Assembly (NCBI GenBank): GCA_963663815.1
Contig: OY760734.1
DNA length: 64,000 nucleotides
Source: Vicinamibacterales bacterium
Lineage (GTDB): Bacteria > Acidobacteriota > Vicinamibacteria > Vicinamibacterales > UBA8438
Strand: one strand, 5' to 3'
Notes under the pieces: generated by a model
Told to the model about the DNA's origin: nothing
Database searches by the model: none
What the model saw: the letters and a program-made list of their open reading frames with translations, nothing else
Part shown: one piece after another, positions 46,999 to 56,569 of the stretch
Layout: each line of letters starts with the position of its first letter
Numbering within the stretch: the stretch's first letter is position 1
Translations under genes and position numbers: made by a program

Positions 46999-47449
46999 AC
47001 CCGCCACGGGTGCGGGCTCACGGCTCGACCCGGGACGGTTCGGCGTGGCTGGAGGTCCGGCCCAGGCAGAGTACGAGCGCCGGCGGGCCGCTTTCCTCGA
47101 CTGGGACCGCCAGCAGGACTCAGCGCGTACGCTGCCGTGTCCGGCCGGGCTCGGCATCGCCGGCTTGGCTGGGCTCCTCACACGCCCGGCGGCCGAGTGG
47201 ACGGTGCACTGTGTGGCCGCGCGCCCGTCGCGGTGGACCGGGGCGGTGGATGCGCGGATGACCGCGTTGGGTGAAGCCTACCGGCTCATCCTGCAGGCGG
47301 CGTCCCGCCGGGGCACGCCCGTCACGACCCAGGAACGCAAGGAGGATGGTCATGCAAGTCGCGCTGTACGCCCGCGTGTCGTCGGAGCGGCAGGAACGGC
47401 AGGGCACGATCGCATCGCAACTGGATACGCTCACTCGCTGGGCTCGTGA
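46974..47449 (+). CDS. Small LSR-associated ORF, possibly expressed as a fusion with the HTH ORF
   Basis: +1 frame is open from the A9 run: 'QAEYERRRAAFL...GIAGLAGLL...ARPSRWTG...ALGEAYRLIL'; no good RBS/ATG of its own. Confidence 0.45.
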
Positions 47450-49136
47450 GCAGGACCACGACATCGTGGAGGCCTATGTCTGCGTCGACGACGGATACAG
47501 CGGGGCACGGCTGGACCGGCCGGGTCTGGACCGGCTGCGCGACGGCGCCGAGGCCGACGCGTTCGAGGCGGCGCTTGTCCTGTGTCCGGATCGCCTCGCA
47601 CGCAAGTACGCCTATCAGGTCCTGATTCTCGAAGAGCTCGAGCGCTTCGGCGTCCAGGTGATCTTCCTCGACCAACCCCTCTCCGATGACCCGCAGGCTC
47701 GCCTGCTCACTCAGATCCAAGGCGCGGTCGCTGAGTACGAGCGCATGAAGATCGCGGAACGGTACCGCCGAGGCAAGCTCTTTCGCGCGCGCCAAGGCGA
47801 GGTGTTTTGGTGGAAGGTCCCCTACGGCTACCGGCGGATTCCACGCCGGGACGGGGTTCCAGCCCACGTCGAGGTGGCCGAGCCCGAGGCGCAGGTCGTG
47901 CGGCAGGTCTTCCGCTGGCACGTCGACGACCGCCTCAGCGTGCGCCAGATCGCGCTACGCTTGACCGAGTCGCCGCATGTGACGGCGACGGGACTTCCGC
48001 GCTGGAGCACGAGCACCGTCACCCGGATGCTGCACAACGAGGCCTACATCGGCACGATGTACTACAATCGTAGCGAGTCGGTCAGCGTCGAGCCGAGGTC
48101 CAAGACGCGGCGGCGGCGCCGGCCCAGCCGCCAGCAGGCCCGCGCGACGACCGAGTGGATTCCTCTCCCGGTGCCCCCGATCATCGACGCAGGGATGTTT
48201 CGTCGTTCCCAGTCGATTCATCACGACAACAGTCGCTTCAGCCCGCGCCATCTCAAGTCCAGCCACTACCTGCTCCGAGGCGTGGTCCGCTGTCGCGTGT
48301 GTGATCTGACCATGTCGTGTCACCGCATGCGCGGACGCAACGGCACGCTCCACCACTATTACTACTGCGCGGGTCACGACGTGCTACGGGCCCGCGGCGC
48401 CGTCGGCCGCTGCCCACAACGGAATCTGCGGTCGGACGAGCTGGATGAACTCGTCTGGGGCGAGGTCCGGCGCCACCTCGAGAATCCGGTCTTGATCTCT
48501 GAAGGGTACGCGCGCCTGCAGGTCCGAGCCGAGTCACCGGGGGATGACGGCCTGGCCGACGACGTCGCCGCGCTGAAGAAGCAACTGGCCGAGCTGGATC
48601 GGGAGGAACACCGACTGCTCGACGCCTATCAGGCCGGACTCGTCGATCTCGATCAGCTCCGGCAACGTCAGGGACGGCTGCGGCAGCGGCGGGCTCACGT
48701 CAACGGCAGCATCGAGGTGCTGCAAACCGAACGGCAGACAGCCCAGGAGCAGGCGCAACTCCAAGCGGATCTGGCGACTTTCGTCGACCGCATCTGCGGT
48801 CCGCTCGCCACGCTCGACTTCGAGGCCCGGCAACGACTCGTCCGCACCGTGCTCGAGCGCGTGATGGTCGAGGACGGCCGCGTCGACATCCACTTCGCAA
48901 TTCCTCTGCCAGACCCGCCACCGGGCACCTCCGACCCCTCCATGTCAACGCAATTTCGCTTGCGTTCCAACGGTAGCCGCCTGCGGAGCCTGCGGGACCT
49001 CCCGCCGGGCTCTCGTCCCGCGCGCTCCGGATGGGCCCGCGCCAGCGTGCAACAATTGCCCCGGGCGTGCGATCCGGTGGCCTTGCGGCACGCGCATATG
49101 TGCCTCGACCCTGTGAAGCCGGGCCCTGGCCATTGA
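47352..49136 (+). CDS. Large serine recombinase (resolvase + recombinase + zinc ribbon)
   Basis: 'ALYARVSS', 'DDGYSG..LDRPGL', 'DRLAR', 'PYGY', 'YIG', 'CRVC...YYYC...C', coiled coil; AAGGAGG RBS; the tail beyond 'FRLRSNG' (48974) looks like read-through into flanking DNA. Confidence 0.92.
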   Translation: MQVALYARVSSERQERQGTIASQLDTLTRWAREQDHDIVEAYVCVDDGYSGARLDRPGLDRLRDGAEADAFEAALVLCPDRLARKYAYQVLILEELERFGVQVIFLDQPLSDDPQARLLTQIQGAVAEYERMKIAERYRRGKLFRARQGEVFWWKVPYGYRRIPRRDGVPAHVEVAEPEAQVVRQVFRWHVDDRLSVRQIALRLTESPHVTATGLPRWSTSTVTRMLHNEAYIGTMYYNRSESVSVEPRSKTRRRRRPSRQQARATTEWIPLPVPPIIDAGMFRRSQSIHHDNSRFSPRHLKSSHYLLRGVVRCRVCDLTMSCHRMRGRNGTLHHYYYCAGHDVLRARGAVGRCPQRNLRSDELDELVWGEVRRHLENPVLISEGYARLQVRAESPGDDGLADDVAALKKQLAELDREEHRLLDAYQAGLVDLDQLRQRQGRLRQRRAHVNGSIEVLQTERQTAQEQAQLQADLATFVDRICGPLATLDFEARQRLVRTVLERVMVEDGRVDIHFAIPLPDPPPGTSDPSMSTQFRLRSNGSRLRSLRDLPPGSRPARSGWARASVQQLPRACDPVALRHAHMCLDPVKPGPGH

Positions 49137-49157
49137 GAGCTGCATCCGCCATTCGTG

Positions 49158-50051
49158 CTACTTGCGGTCTCGCGCACGTCGTGGTCTTCTTCGCCGTTCG
49201 GCCTGTAGCAATGCCTCGATGCTCCGTCTGTCTGGTCCGGCGATTCTGTTGGATCGGTCCAGTATCGTCCTGTTGATGTCGCGGACCCCGCGGTTGGTCA
49301 ACCTCGTCAGAGATGTTTCATTGTGACGGTCGGGTGCCCCGGGGTGCCAGAGGATGAAGGTCCTTTGGTCCAGTGGCATTCCGACCACGCCATGACCCTC
49401 TTGGGGTCTTGTCTTGTTGTTGTAGTAATCGTGTACGGTCAAGCACACAGGGTCGTCCCCCAGGATGAGGGTTGCCGATTCCGGCGTCCTTGCCACACTG
49501 AGGTTGAGTTTGTTCAGGTGGGTCACCACTTCCTGGCCAGCCTCTCTCGGGGCCGCAACTGCAACACGTCTCAGGCTGAACTGCGCCAGGTGCTCCCGTT
49601 CCCCTGCCGCGACGTATTTTTTTATGAGGTATTCCCACTTGTCGAGGTTTCTCAGGCTCTGGGTCAGCGCCAGGATTGCCAGTTCACGTCGCATGTCGGG
49701 GTCGATTTCCACCATTGAGCGATGTGCTGCCTCCGCGGTTGCAGTTGCCTTCAGGACCGTTTTCACCGCGTGCGCGGAGATACTGTCCAGCTCGGAGTAT
49801 GCGGCTTCTGCGTCGAGTATCAGCTCGTGAGTGTCCGGGTCACGTACTTGATACATGCGCTTCTTCAGGAAAAGGTTCTTTGGTGGTGTGGACTTCGGTA
49901 TATGATACTTTCTCTTGTCAGCGTGCCACAGCTTTCCATTGTCGTCAGTGAAGCCGCGTTGGAGCCAGATTGGCACATAATGATGACGCTGTGGCACAGC
50001 GAGCTTGTTGAGTTCCTCCCGGCTAATGTTGCCGCATCTCTGTTCGGTCAT
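49158..50051 (-). CDS. DUF4238-family protein (lower GC)
   Basis: N-terminal 'RHHYVP...QRGF', 'ILGDDPV', 'MPLD'; atypical composition. Confidence 0.7.
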   Translation of the reverse strand: MTEQRCGNISREELNKLAVPQRHHYVPIWLQRGFTDDNGKLWHADKRKYHIPKSTPPKNLFLKKRMYQVRDPDTHELILDAEAAYSELDSISAHAVKTVLKATATAEAAHRSMVEIDPDMRRELAILALTQSLRNLDKWEYLIKKYVAAGEREHLAQFSLRRVAVAAPREAGQEVVTHLNKLNLSVARTPESATLILGDDPVCLTVHDYYNNKTRPQEGHGVVGMPLDQRTFILWHPGAPDRHNETSLTRLTNRGVRDINRTILDRSNRIAGPDRRSIEALLQAERRRRPRRARDRK

Positions 50052-50360
50052 CGTGGTTGACCAGTTCGTGGGCGGTCTCGCACTTGACGTGTGTCGCCGC
50101 GGACTGTCGTTGGTACCGCGACACCGGTCAGCCGTTTGTCGTGCCATCGTCGTCCGAAGAACCATGCACCGTTCGTCATCATCGTACCATTCGGACGATG
50201 GTTGCAGGCCACGGGTCGGATGGTCGCGGACCAGTCATGAGCAACGGACTCGTCGGCGCACGGCAGAGGCGGCGCGCGCAGGAGCCGCCGGGTCGTTCTG
50301 GGCCTTCGGGGTGTCGCATCAGGGTGCGGGCGGGCTCTCGTGCGCCAAGGTGAGCGCGGT

Positions 50361-51095
50361 TCAGGGCCGCGCGGCCAGCCGGGCGATGAACTGGCGGTGT
50401 TCGTCGAAGTCGAGGCCTTTCTGCAATTCCGCGAGCGCGGCGGCGAGGTTACCGTCCAGCAGTGCGCGGGAGGCGAGTCGCAGGCCGGGGAAGATGCGGC
50501 TGCGGATGACGCCGGAGTCATCGGCGGGCAGAGGGCGGTAGTCGCCGTCCGCGATCTCGAACCAGTCGATGCGCTGTTCCTGGGTGCGCCAGACGAGGTA
50601 CTCCTGCACCCCGTTGCGGCGGTAGGCGCGGAGCTTGTCGTGGAGGTCGCTCGACGCGCTGCTCGTGGCGACTTCCACCACGAGTTCGGGCGCCCCTTCC
50701 AGGTAGCCGTCCTCGCTCACACGGGACCGGCCGCCCGCCTCGGGTGCGAGGCGGAGCAGCACGTCGGGCTGCGGCTCGTTATCGAGATCGAGGCGGAGGG
50801 TGGCGTTGTCGTAGCCGTGGACGCCCGGGGTGGACGCGGCGTACACCAGCAGAGCGGCCTGAATCATCGCGTGCGGTTCGGCATGGGCCACGCTGACGGG
50901 CGACGGCATGTAGACGATTCCTTCGATGAGTTGCGCCTTCTTCAGATCCGGCCGCAGGGCGTAGCGGCGCTCGAACTCGCATCGCGTGAGCCGGTCGCCG
51001 TTCTCCAGCGTCGTCGTCGCCGGCGCGCTGGGCGGTGGGGCGGCGCCGGACGCCCGGGACGGTGACTTGACCTCGAGTTCAGTCATGTGCGGCAC
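50361..51095 (-). CDS. Uma2-family endonuclease, copy 2
   Basis: Close paralog of 45318-46055, including the identical 14-mer CATCATGCCACAGC upstream (51121-34 vs 46090-103). Confidence 0.9.
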   Translation of the reverse strand: MPHMTELEVKSPSRASGAAPPPSAPATTTLENGDRLTRCEFERRYALRPDLKKAQLIEGIVYMPSPVSVAHAEPHAMIQAALLVYAASTPGVHGYDNATLRLDLDNEPQPDVLLRLAPEAGGRSRVSEDGYLEGAPELVVEVATSSASSDLHDKLRAYRRNGVQEYLVWRTQEQRIDWFEIADGDYRPLPADDSGVIRSRIFPGLRLASRALLDGNLAAALAELQKGLDFDEHRQFIARLAARP

Positions 51096-51216
51096 TGTCT
51101 CCAGCCTGCGGCTCAGGGTCCATCATGCCACAGCGACGGGGGGCGCGGGCCGCCAGGGTCGGCCGTCAGAGCGCCCGGCGGCCCGGGGGAATCAGCGGAC
51201 GGCTCGGACGCGGCGT

Positions 51217-51849
51217 TCAGCGCAGGGCGTACCCGATTCCGCGGGCGATGTTCTTCAGAACGGAGAGCAGCGCCGGGTCGCCGAGGGCGCGATGGAAGCG
51301 GGGTCGCGCCGGCATGACGCCGGCGGCCTCGGCGCGGTCCGTCAGGGCCATCGCCGGTCGATTGGCGTGCATCGACGAGGGATGGTAGAGACCGAGGCAG
51401 GCCGGATAGGCTTGGTAGAACGCGCGCGCCCAGCTCCGGGACACGGACCGCGCGGCGGTCATCAGGGCCATCGACGCCCCCGCGCGCGTGGCGAAGGCGC
51501 CGGTGAGGTCGAGCAGGGGGGCGGGAGCGGCGGTCTCGAACCCGACGAGCCACGGCTCGTTGTGCCGGCGGTTGACGAGGCGGGTCCTCTGGAAGACCTC
51601 GGCGAAGCAGGTCACGGGGTCGCCGGACGCGTAGAGGACCGCCCGTTCCTGGTCCTCCCCGGGTAGTTCGAGCTGATGATCGAAGCGTGCGTCGGTGGGG
51701 CCGGCCCGTCTGAAGCGGTTCCACCGCGTGGGATGCCGCCCGCCGCGAAAGTAGATCCGCCAGACGGTCGATCCGGCCGGCAGGACGTGGACGTCCGGCG
51801 GCAGTGCGTCGAGCCGGCCGTGCGCGGGCGTGCGCGGGACCTTCGGCAT
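51217..51849 (-). CDS. RES-domain toxin
   Basis: 'VWRIY', 'RFDH', 'VLYAS', 'FAEVF', 'GLYHPSSM': R-E-S residues present. Confidence 0.8.
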   Translation of the reverse strand: MPKVPRTPAHGRLDALPPDVHVLPAGSTVWRIYFRGGRHPTRWNRFRRAGPTDARFDHQLELPGEDQERAVLYASGDPVTCFAEVFQRTRLVNRRHNEPWLVGFETAAPAPLLDLTGAFATRAGASMALMTAARSVSRSWARAFYQAYPACLGLYHPSSMHANRPAMALTDRAEAAGVMPARPRFHRALGDPALLSVLKNIARGIGYALR

Positions 51850-51856
51850 GCGCTGG

Positions 51857-52450
51857 TCACAGGTCGCGCGCGATCTCGATGACGGGCTTCGGCGGCAGGC
51901 CGGCCTTGAGCCACTGGAGCGGGCTGAACGCGCGCCCGTCGGCCGTCTCGAGCTGCGAGTCCGGGGCGGTGTACCAGCGCAGCACCGATACGGGGTCGAG
52001 CGTGTTCGGCACGGCCGCGTTCACCAGACCCACGTTCGGGACGAGTCCGTCGCGGTCGAACTGAAAGCCGGGAATCTTCCAGCGGTTCTCGAGCCGGACG
52101 GCGTACAGCGCGCCCTCGCGGATCATCTGGCGGACGCGAACCTGGGTGATGCCCCCGAGGCGCGCGGCAGCCTGCGCCGGGGTGAGACAGGTGGCCAGGA
52201 TGGCGCCGAAGGTGGTGACGTAGGTTGCCAGCGGGTCATCGCGGTCCGGGTGGTCGTCGACGTCGACGCCGGCCTGCCGGAGCACCGCGAGCTCCGACGC
52301 CGTGAGCTCGCTGACCGACGGTGCGTAGAGCGTGCGGTGCAAGCTCGCGATCGCTTGCTGCAACGCTGTGTTCAGGGCTCGCGGCGCCTGGGCGTTGAGG
52401 CCGTGCATCTGAAAGTAGCGATCGTCCGCCTCGTGTGCGCGCCGTGTCAT
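51857..52450 (-). CDS. HTH antitoxin (Xre/MbcA-like) partner of the RES toxin
   Basis: 'LTPAQAAARLG.....RVRQMI..GALYA', 'IPGFQF', 'W...P...L', 'SPLQWL'; directly upstream of the RES gene. Confidence 0.7.
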   Translation of the reverse strand: MTRRAHEADDRYFQMHGLNAQAPRALNTALQQAIASLHRTLYAPSVSELTASELAVLRQAGVDVDDHPDRDDPLATYVTTFGAILATCLTPAQAAARLGGITQVRVRQMIREGALYAVRLENRWKIPGFQFDRDGLVPNVGLVNAAVPNTLDPVSVLRWYTAPDSQLETADGRAFSPLQWLKAGLPPKPVIEIARDL

Positions 52451-52707
52451 GCCGGCTGTTTCCTTTGCTTTTGTGAGAAGCTGACGAAAATCATAGCATC
52501 CCGTTCGACCGGGTCTCAACCCGTCCGACGCGCCCGCCCGGGGATCGGCGCCGCGGGCGGTGGTGGCCGGGCTGGCCGCGGCGCCGCCCCGTAGCACCGT
52601 CACATTCTTGACGTGCACCCAACGCGCGTCCCCCGGCATTGCGCCGGATCCGGGCCGGGGGTAGGATCGCAAGTCTGGGGAACCTGATCGGTGGCCACCG
52701 GAGGGAG

Positions 52708-55158
52708 ATGACGATGCGGCTCGCGAAAACGCTCCTGGTTCCGGCGCTGGCCGCGGTGGCGGTGCTCGCGTTCGCGGCGCCGCTTGCGGCCCAGGAGGCG
52801 GCGCCCGGGTCGCCCCGCGCGGTGCTGGACCGCTACTGCGTCACCTGCCACAACGACCGGCTGCTGACCGGCGGGCTCAGCCTCGACGCGGCCGCCGTCG
52901 ACGCCGCCGACCCGAGCCGCGACGCCCACGTGTGGGAGCGGGTGATCGCGAAGCTGCGGACCCGGTCGATGCCGCCGCCGGGCCGGCCGCGGCCCGATGT
53001 CGCGACCTACGACGCGGTGGCCGCCCGCCTCGAGGCGAACATCGACCGCGCGGCAGCGGCGAACCCCGACCCGGGGCGGACCAGCACCGTCCACCGGCTC
53101 AACCGCACCGAGTACCGCAACGCGATTCGCGATCTCCTCGCCCTCGATCTCGACGTGACGCCGCTGCTGCCGGGCGACGAGACGTCGGACACCGGCTTCG
53201 ACAACAACGCCGACGTGCTGTCCATCTCGACCGCGCAGCTCGAGCGCTACCTGTCGGCGGCGCGCACCATCAGCCGCCTCGCGGTGGGCCTGCCGCCGGC
53301 CGCACCCGCGTTCGAGACGTTCGACGTGCCCCTGCTGCTGCTGCAGGACGACCGCCAGAGCGAGGACCTGCCCCTCGGCTCGCGGGGGGGTGTGGCAATT
53401 CCCTACCACTTCCCGGTCGACGGCGAGTACCTCGTCAAGATCGAGCTGCGGTCCAACTGGCAGGACTACATCCTCGGCCTGGGCAGCGAGCACCTCCTCG
53501 ACGTCCGCATCGACGGCGAGCTGGTGAAGCGCTTCACGGTCGGCGGCGAGGATCGCGGCCGGCCCGCGCCGGTGACGTTCACCATCGCGGAGCGGGGCGA
53601 CCCCGAGTGGGAGGAGTACCTGCAGACGGCCGACGAGGACCTCGAGGCCCGCGTGCCGGTCGAGGCGGGGCCGCGTACCGTCGGGGTGTCGTTCGTCCGC
53701 AACGTCTGGGAGCCCGAGGGCATTCTGCTGCCGCGGCAGGCGGGCGAGGTGCTGTCGAACGACGAGGTCTATCACGGCAACGCCGCCGTCGCCTCCGTCG
53801 GCATCGGCGGGCCCTACGACCCGGCCGGTCCCGGGGACACCCCGAGCCGGCGCGCCGTCTTCACCTGCCGGCCGGACGCGGCGGCGACGGCGGACGAGCG
53901 GGCGTGCGCGGCCGAGATCGTGTCGCGGCTCGCCCGGCGCGCCTATCGGCGGCCGGTGACGCCGGCCGACCTCGACACCCTGCTCGGCTTCTTCGACAGC
54001 GGCCGCGAGAGCGGCGGCAGCTTCGACGCCGGCGTCCAGCTCGCGCTCGAACGGATGCTCGTCGACCCCGACTTCCTGCTCCGGATCGAGCGTGATCCGG
54101 CGGGGGCGGTCCCGGGCGGGCCGTACCGGCTGAGCGACGTCGAGATCGCCTCGCGGCTCTCGTTCTTCCTCTGGGGCAGCATTCCCGACGACGCCCTGCT
54201 CGACGCGGCGGAGGCGGGGCGGTTGAGCGAGCCGGCGGTCCTCGACGAGCAGGTCCGGCGCATGCTCGCCGACCCGCGGGCCCGGTCGCTCGTCGACGAC
54301 TTCGCCATGCAGTGGCTGCACCTTCGCAACCTCGAGGACGTCAAGGGCGACCCCGTGCCTTTCCCCGACTTCGACGACAACCTCGTCGAGGCGTTCCGGC
54401 AGGAGACGACGCTGTTCCTCGCCAGCACCCTGCGCGAGGACCGCAGCGTGCTCGACCTCCTCGACGCCGACTACACGTTCGTCGACGAGCGGCTGGCCCG
54501 GCACTACGGCATCCCCGGCGTCTACGGCAGCCGGTTCCGCCGGGTCCCCCTGCCCGACCTGACGCAGCGCGGGGGTCTGCTCGGGCACGGTGGGCTGCTC
54601 GCGCTGACGTCGTATCCGACCCGAACGTCGCCGGTGCTGCGCGGCAAGTGGCTGCTCGACACCATTCTCGGTGCGCCCCCGCCGTCGCCGCCGGCGGACG
54701 TGCCGGCGTTGCCCGAGGGGGAGGCCGGCGGGCGTTCCACGTCGGTGCGCGAGCGGCTCGAGCGCCACCGGCAGGCCCCGGCCTGCGCCACCTGCCACGC
54801 GTCCATCGACCCGCCGGGCTTCGCGCTCGAGCAGTACGACGGCCTCGGCGGGTGGCGAACGAGGGACGAGTACGGCAACGCCGTCGACGCGTCGGCGACC
54901 CTGCCGAGCGGACGGCGGGTGGAAGGCATGGCCGGCCTGCGCGCGTGGCTGCTGGAGCGTCCCGAGCAGTTTGCGGGGACGGTGACCGAGAAGCTCTTGT
55001 CCTATGCCCTCGGCCGCGGCCTGGAGCACGCCGACAAGCCGACGGTGCGCGCCGTGGTCCGCGACGCCGCCGCGGACGACTACCGCTGGTCGGCGCTGGT
55101 CGCCGGCATCACGAAGAGCCCCGCTTTCCTGATGCGGAACGCGGCGGCGGCGGACTGA
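52708..55158 (+). CDS. DUF1592-family planctomycete-type cytochrome c protein
   Basis: Signal peptide, 'YCVTCHN', 'HRLNRTEYRN', 'RTSPVLRGKW', 'CATCH'. Confidence 0.9.
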   Translation: MTMRLAKTLLVPALAAVAVLAFAAPLAAQEAAPGSPRAVLDRYCVTCHNDRLLTGGLSLDAAAVDAADPSRDAHVWERVIAKLRTRSMPPPGRPRPDVATYDAVAARLEANIDRAAAANPDPGRTSTVHRLNRTEYRNAIRDLLALDLDVTPLLPGDETSDTGFDNNADVLSISTAQLERYLSAARTISRLAVGLPPAAPAFETFDVPLLLLQDDRQSEDLPLGSRGGVAIPYHFPVDGEYLVKIELRSNWQDYILGLGSEHLLDVRIDGELVKRFTVGGEDRGRPAPVTFTIAERGDPEWEEYLQTADEDLEARVPVEAGPRTVGVSFVRNVWEPEGILLPRQAGEVLSNDEVYHGNAAVASVGIGGPYDPAGPGDTPSRRAVFTCRPDAAATADERACAAEIVSRLARRAYRRPVTPADLDTLLGFFDSGRESGGSFDAGVQLALERMLVDPDFLLRIERDPAGAVPGGPYRLSDVEIASRLSFFLWGSIPDDALLDAAEAGRLSEPAVLDEQVRRMLADPRARSLVDDFAMQWLHLRNLEDVKGDPVPFPDFDDNLVEAFRQETTLFLASTLREDRSVLDLLDADYTFVDERLARHYGIPGVYGSRFRRVPLPDLTQRGGLLGHGGLLALTSYPTRTSPVLRGKWLLDTILGAPPPSPPADVPALPEGEAGGRSTSVRERLERHRQAPACATCHASIDPPGFALEQYDGLGGWRTRDEYGNAVDASATLPSGRRVEGMAGLRAWLLERPEQFAGTVTEKLLSYALGRGLEHADKPTVRAVVRDAAADDYRWSALVAGITKSPAFLMRNAAAAD

Positions 55159-55221
55159 GCGCCGCCGCGTGGATTTCGGCGGTATCGAGGGATTGACCCG
55201 ACGCCAGAGGAGAACGACACC

Positions 55222-56559
55222 ATGACCATCAGCAGGAAATCGCTGCCGCGCCGGACCGTGCTGCGGGGCCTCGGCGTGACGTTGGGCCTCCCGTTCCTCG
55301 ATGCGATGTCGCCCGCCCTGACCGCGCTGGCGCAGACCGCCGCGAAGCCGGTCCACCGGTTCCAGGCGATCTACGTGCCCAACGGCATGGCCATGCAGTA
55401 CTGGACGCCGGCGGCCGGGGGCCGCGCCTTCGAGCTGACGCCGATCCTCGAGCCGCTGGCACCGTTCCGCGACCAGATGCTGGTCGTGTCGGGCCTCCGC
55501 GCGTCGTGGGCCTACGTGCACGCCGGGGCGTCGGCGTCGTTCCTGACGGGGACGCCGCGCGGCGGGCAGAACGAGACCGACGTGCTCGCCAGCACCTCGA
55601 TGGACCAGATCCTCGCCCGCGAGCTCGGCAAGACCACCCAGCTCGGCTCGCTCGAGGTGTCGATGGACAAGTTCGCCAACGCCGGGCAGTGCACCGCCGG
55701 CCTGAGCTGCGCCTATACGCAGACCATCTCGTGGCGCACGCCGACGATGCCTCTGCCGATGGAGAACAACCCCCGCGCGGTGTTCGAGCGGCTGTTCGGC
55801 GACAGCGGGTCGGCCGACCCCGAGGTGCGGCGGGCGCGCCGGCGGCAGAAGCAGAGCATCCTCGACTCGGTCACCGGCAAGCTCGCCGACCTGAGGGTCG
55901 AGGTGGGGCCGCGCGACCGCGTCAAGCTCGACGAGTACACCGAGGCGGTCCGCGACGTCGAGCGCCGCATCGAGATCGCCGAGCGGCAGCGCGACGTCGA
56001 GCCGACGTTCGCCGAGCAGCCGTCGGCCCCCCCGCGGGTCTTCGAGGACCATCTCGGGCTGATGTTCGACCTGCAGTTCCTCGCCTTGCAGGCCGACCTG
56101 ACCCGCGTCGTCACGTTCATGATGGGCCGCGAGCAGAGCACCCGCGCCTATCCGCAGATTGGCGTGCCCGACGCGCACCACCCGCTCTCGCACCACGAGG
56201 ACGACCCCGACCGCATCGCCGTGATGTCGAAGATCAACGCGTACCACACGCAGCTCACGGCCGGCTACCTGGCTCGCCTCCGCGCCGCCGAGGACGCCGA
56301 CGGCTCGCTCCTCGACAACATGACCATCCTCTACGGCGCCGGCATCTCGAACAGCACCCGGCACCTCGGCGTCGACCTGCCCCTGCTCCTCGTCGGCGGC
56401 GGCGCCGGCAAGCTCCGGGGCGGCCGTCACCTGCGCTACTCGGCCGACACGTCGAACGCCGACCTCCTGATGACCCTCATGGACAAGCTCGACATGCCGC
56501 TCGACCGCCTGGGCGACAGCACCAGGAGGCTGCCCATCGACACGCTGTCGGAGGTGTGA
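55222..56559 (+). CDS. DUF1552-family protein (intact)
   Basis: 'LPRRTVLRG...LPFLDAM', 'YVPNG', 'C..G.SCAY', 'PME.NPR.VFERLFG', 'HHPLSHH', 'GSLLDN'. Confidence 0.9.
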   Translation: MTISRKSLPRRTVLRGLGVTLGLPFLDAMSPALTALAQTAAKPVHRFQAIYVPNGMAMQYWTPAAGGRAFELTPILEPLAPFRDQMLVVSGLRASWAYVHAGASASFLTGTPRGGQNETDVLASTSMDQILARELGKTTQLGSLEVSMDKFANAGQCTAGLSCAYTQTISWRTPTMPLPMENNPRAVFERLFGDSGSADPEVRRARRRQKQSILDSVTGKLADLRVEVGPRDRVKLDEYTEAVRDVERRIEIAERQRDVEPTFAEQPSAPPRVFEDHLGLMFDLQFLALQADLTRVVTFMMGREQSTRAYPQIGVPDAHHPLSHHEDDPDRIAVMSKINAYHTQLTAGYLARLRAAEDADGSLLDNMTILYGAGISNSTRHLGVDLPLLLVGGGAGKLRGGRHLRYSADTSNADLLMTLMDKLDMPLDRLGDSTRRLPIDTLSEV

Positions 56560-56569
56560 TTCGCCGGGC

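Larger units (their letters stand above)
46108..48974 (+). mobile_element. Compact large-serine-recombinase element (HTH ORF, small ORF, LSR)
   Basis: 9-bp inverted repeat GGAACGCAA (46117-46125) / TTGCGTTCC (48960-48968) with a shared GT just outside each (46108-9, 48973-4); its genes are on the + strand within a - strand island. Confidence 0.65.

Noticed and set aside
43444-52450. Integron cassette array (co-oriented TA genes)
   Set aside because: No repeated attC-like RYYYAAC...GTTRRRY sites were seen between the genes and there is no IntI
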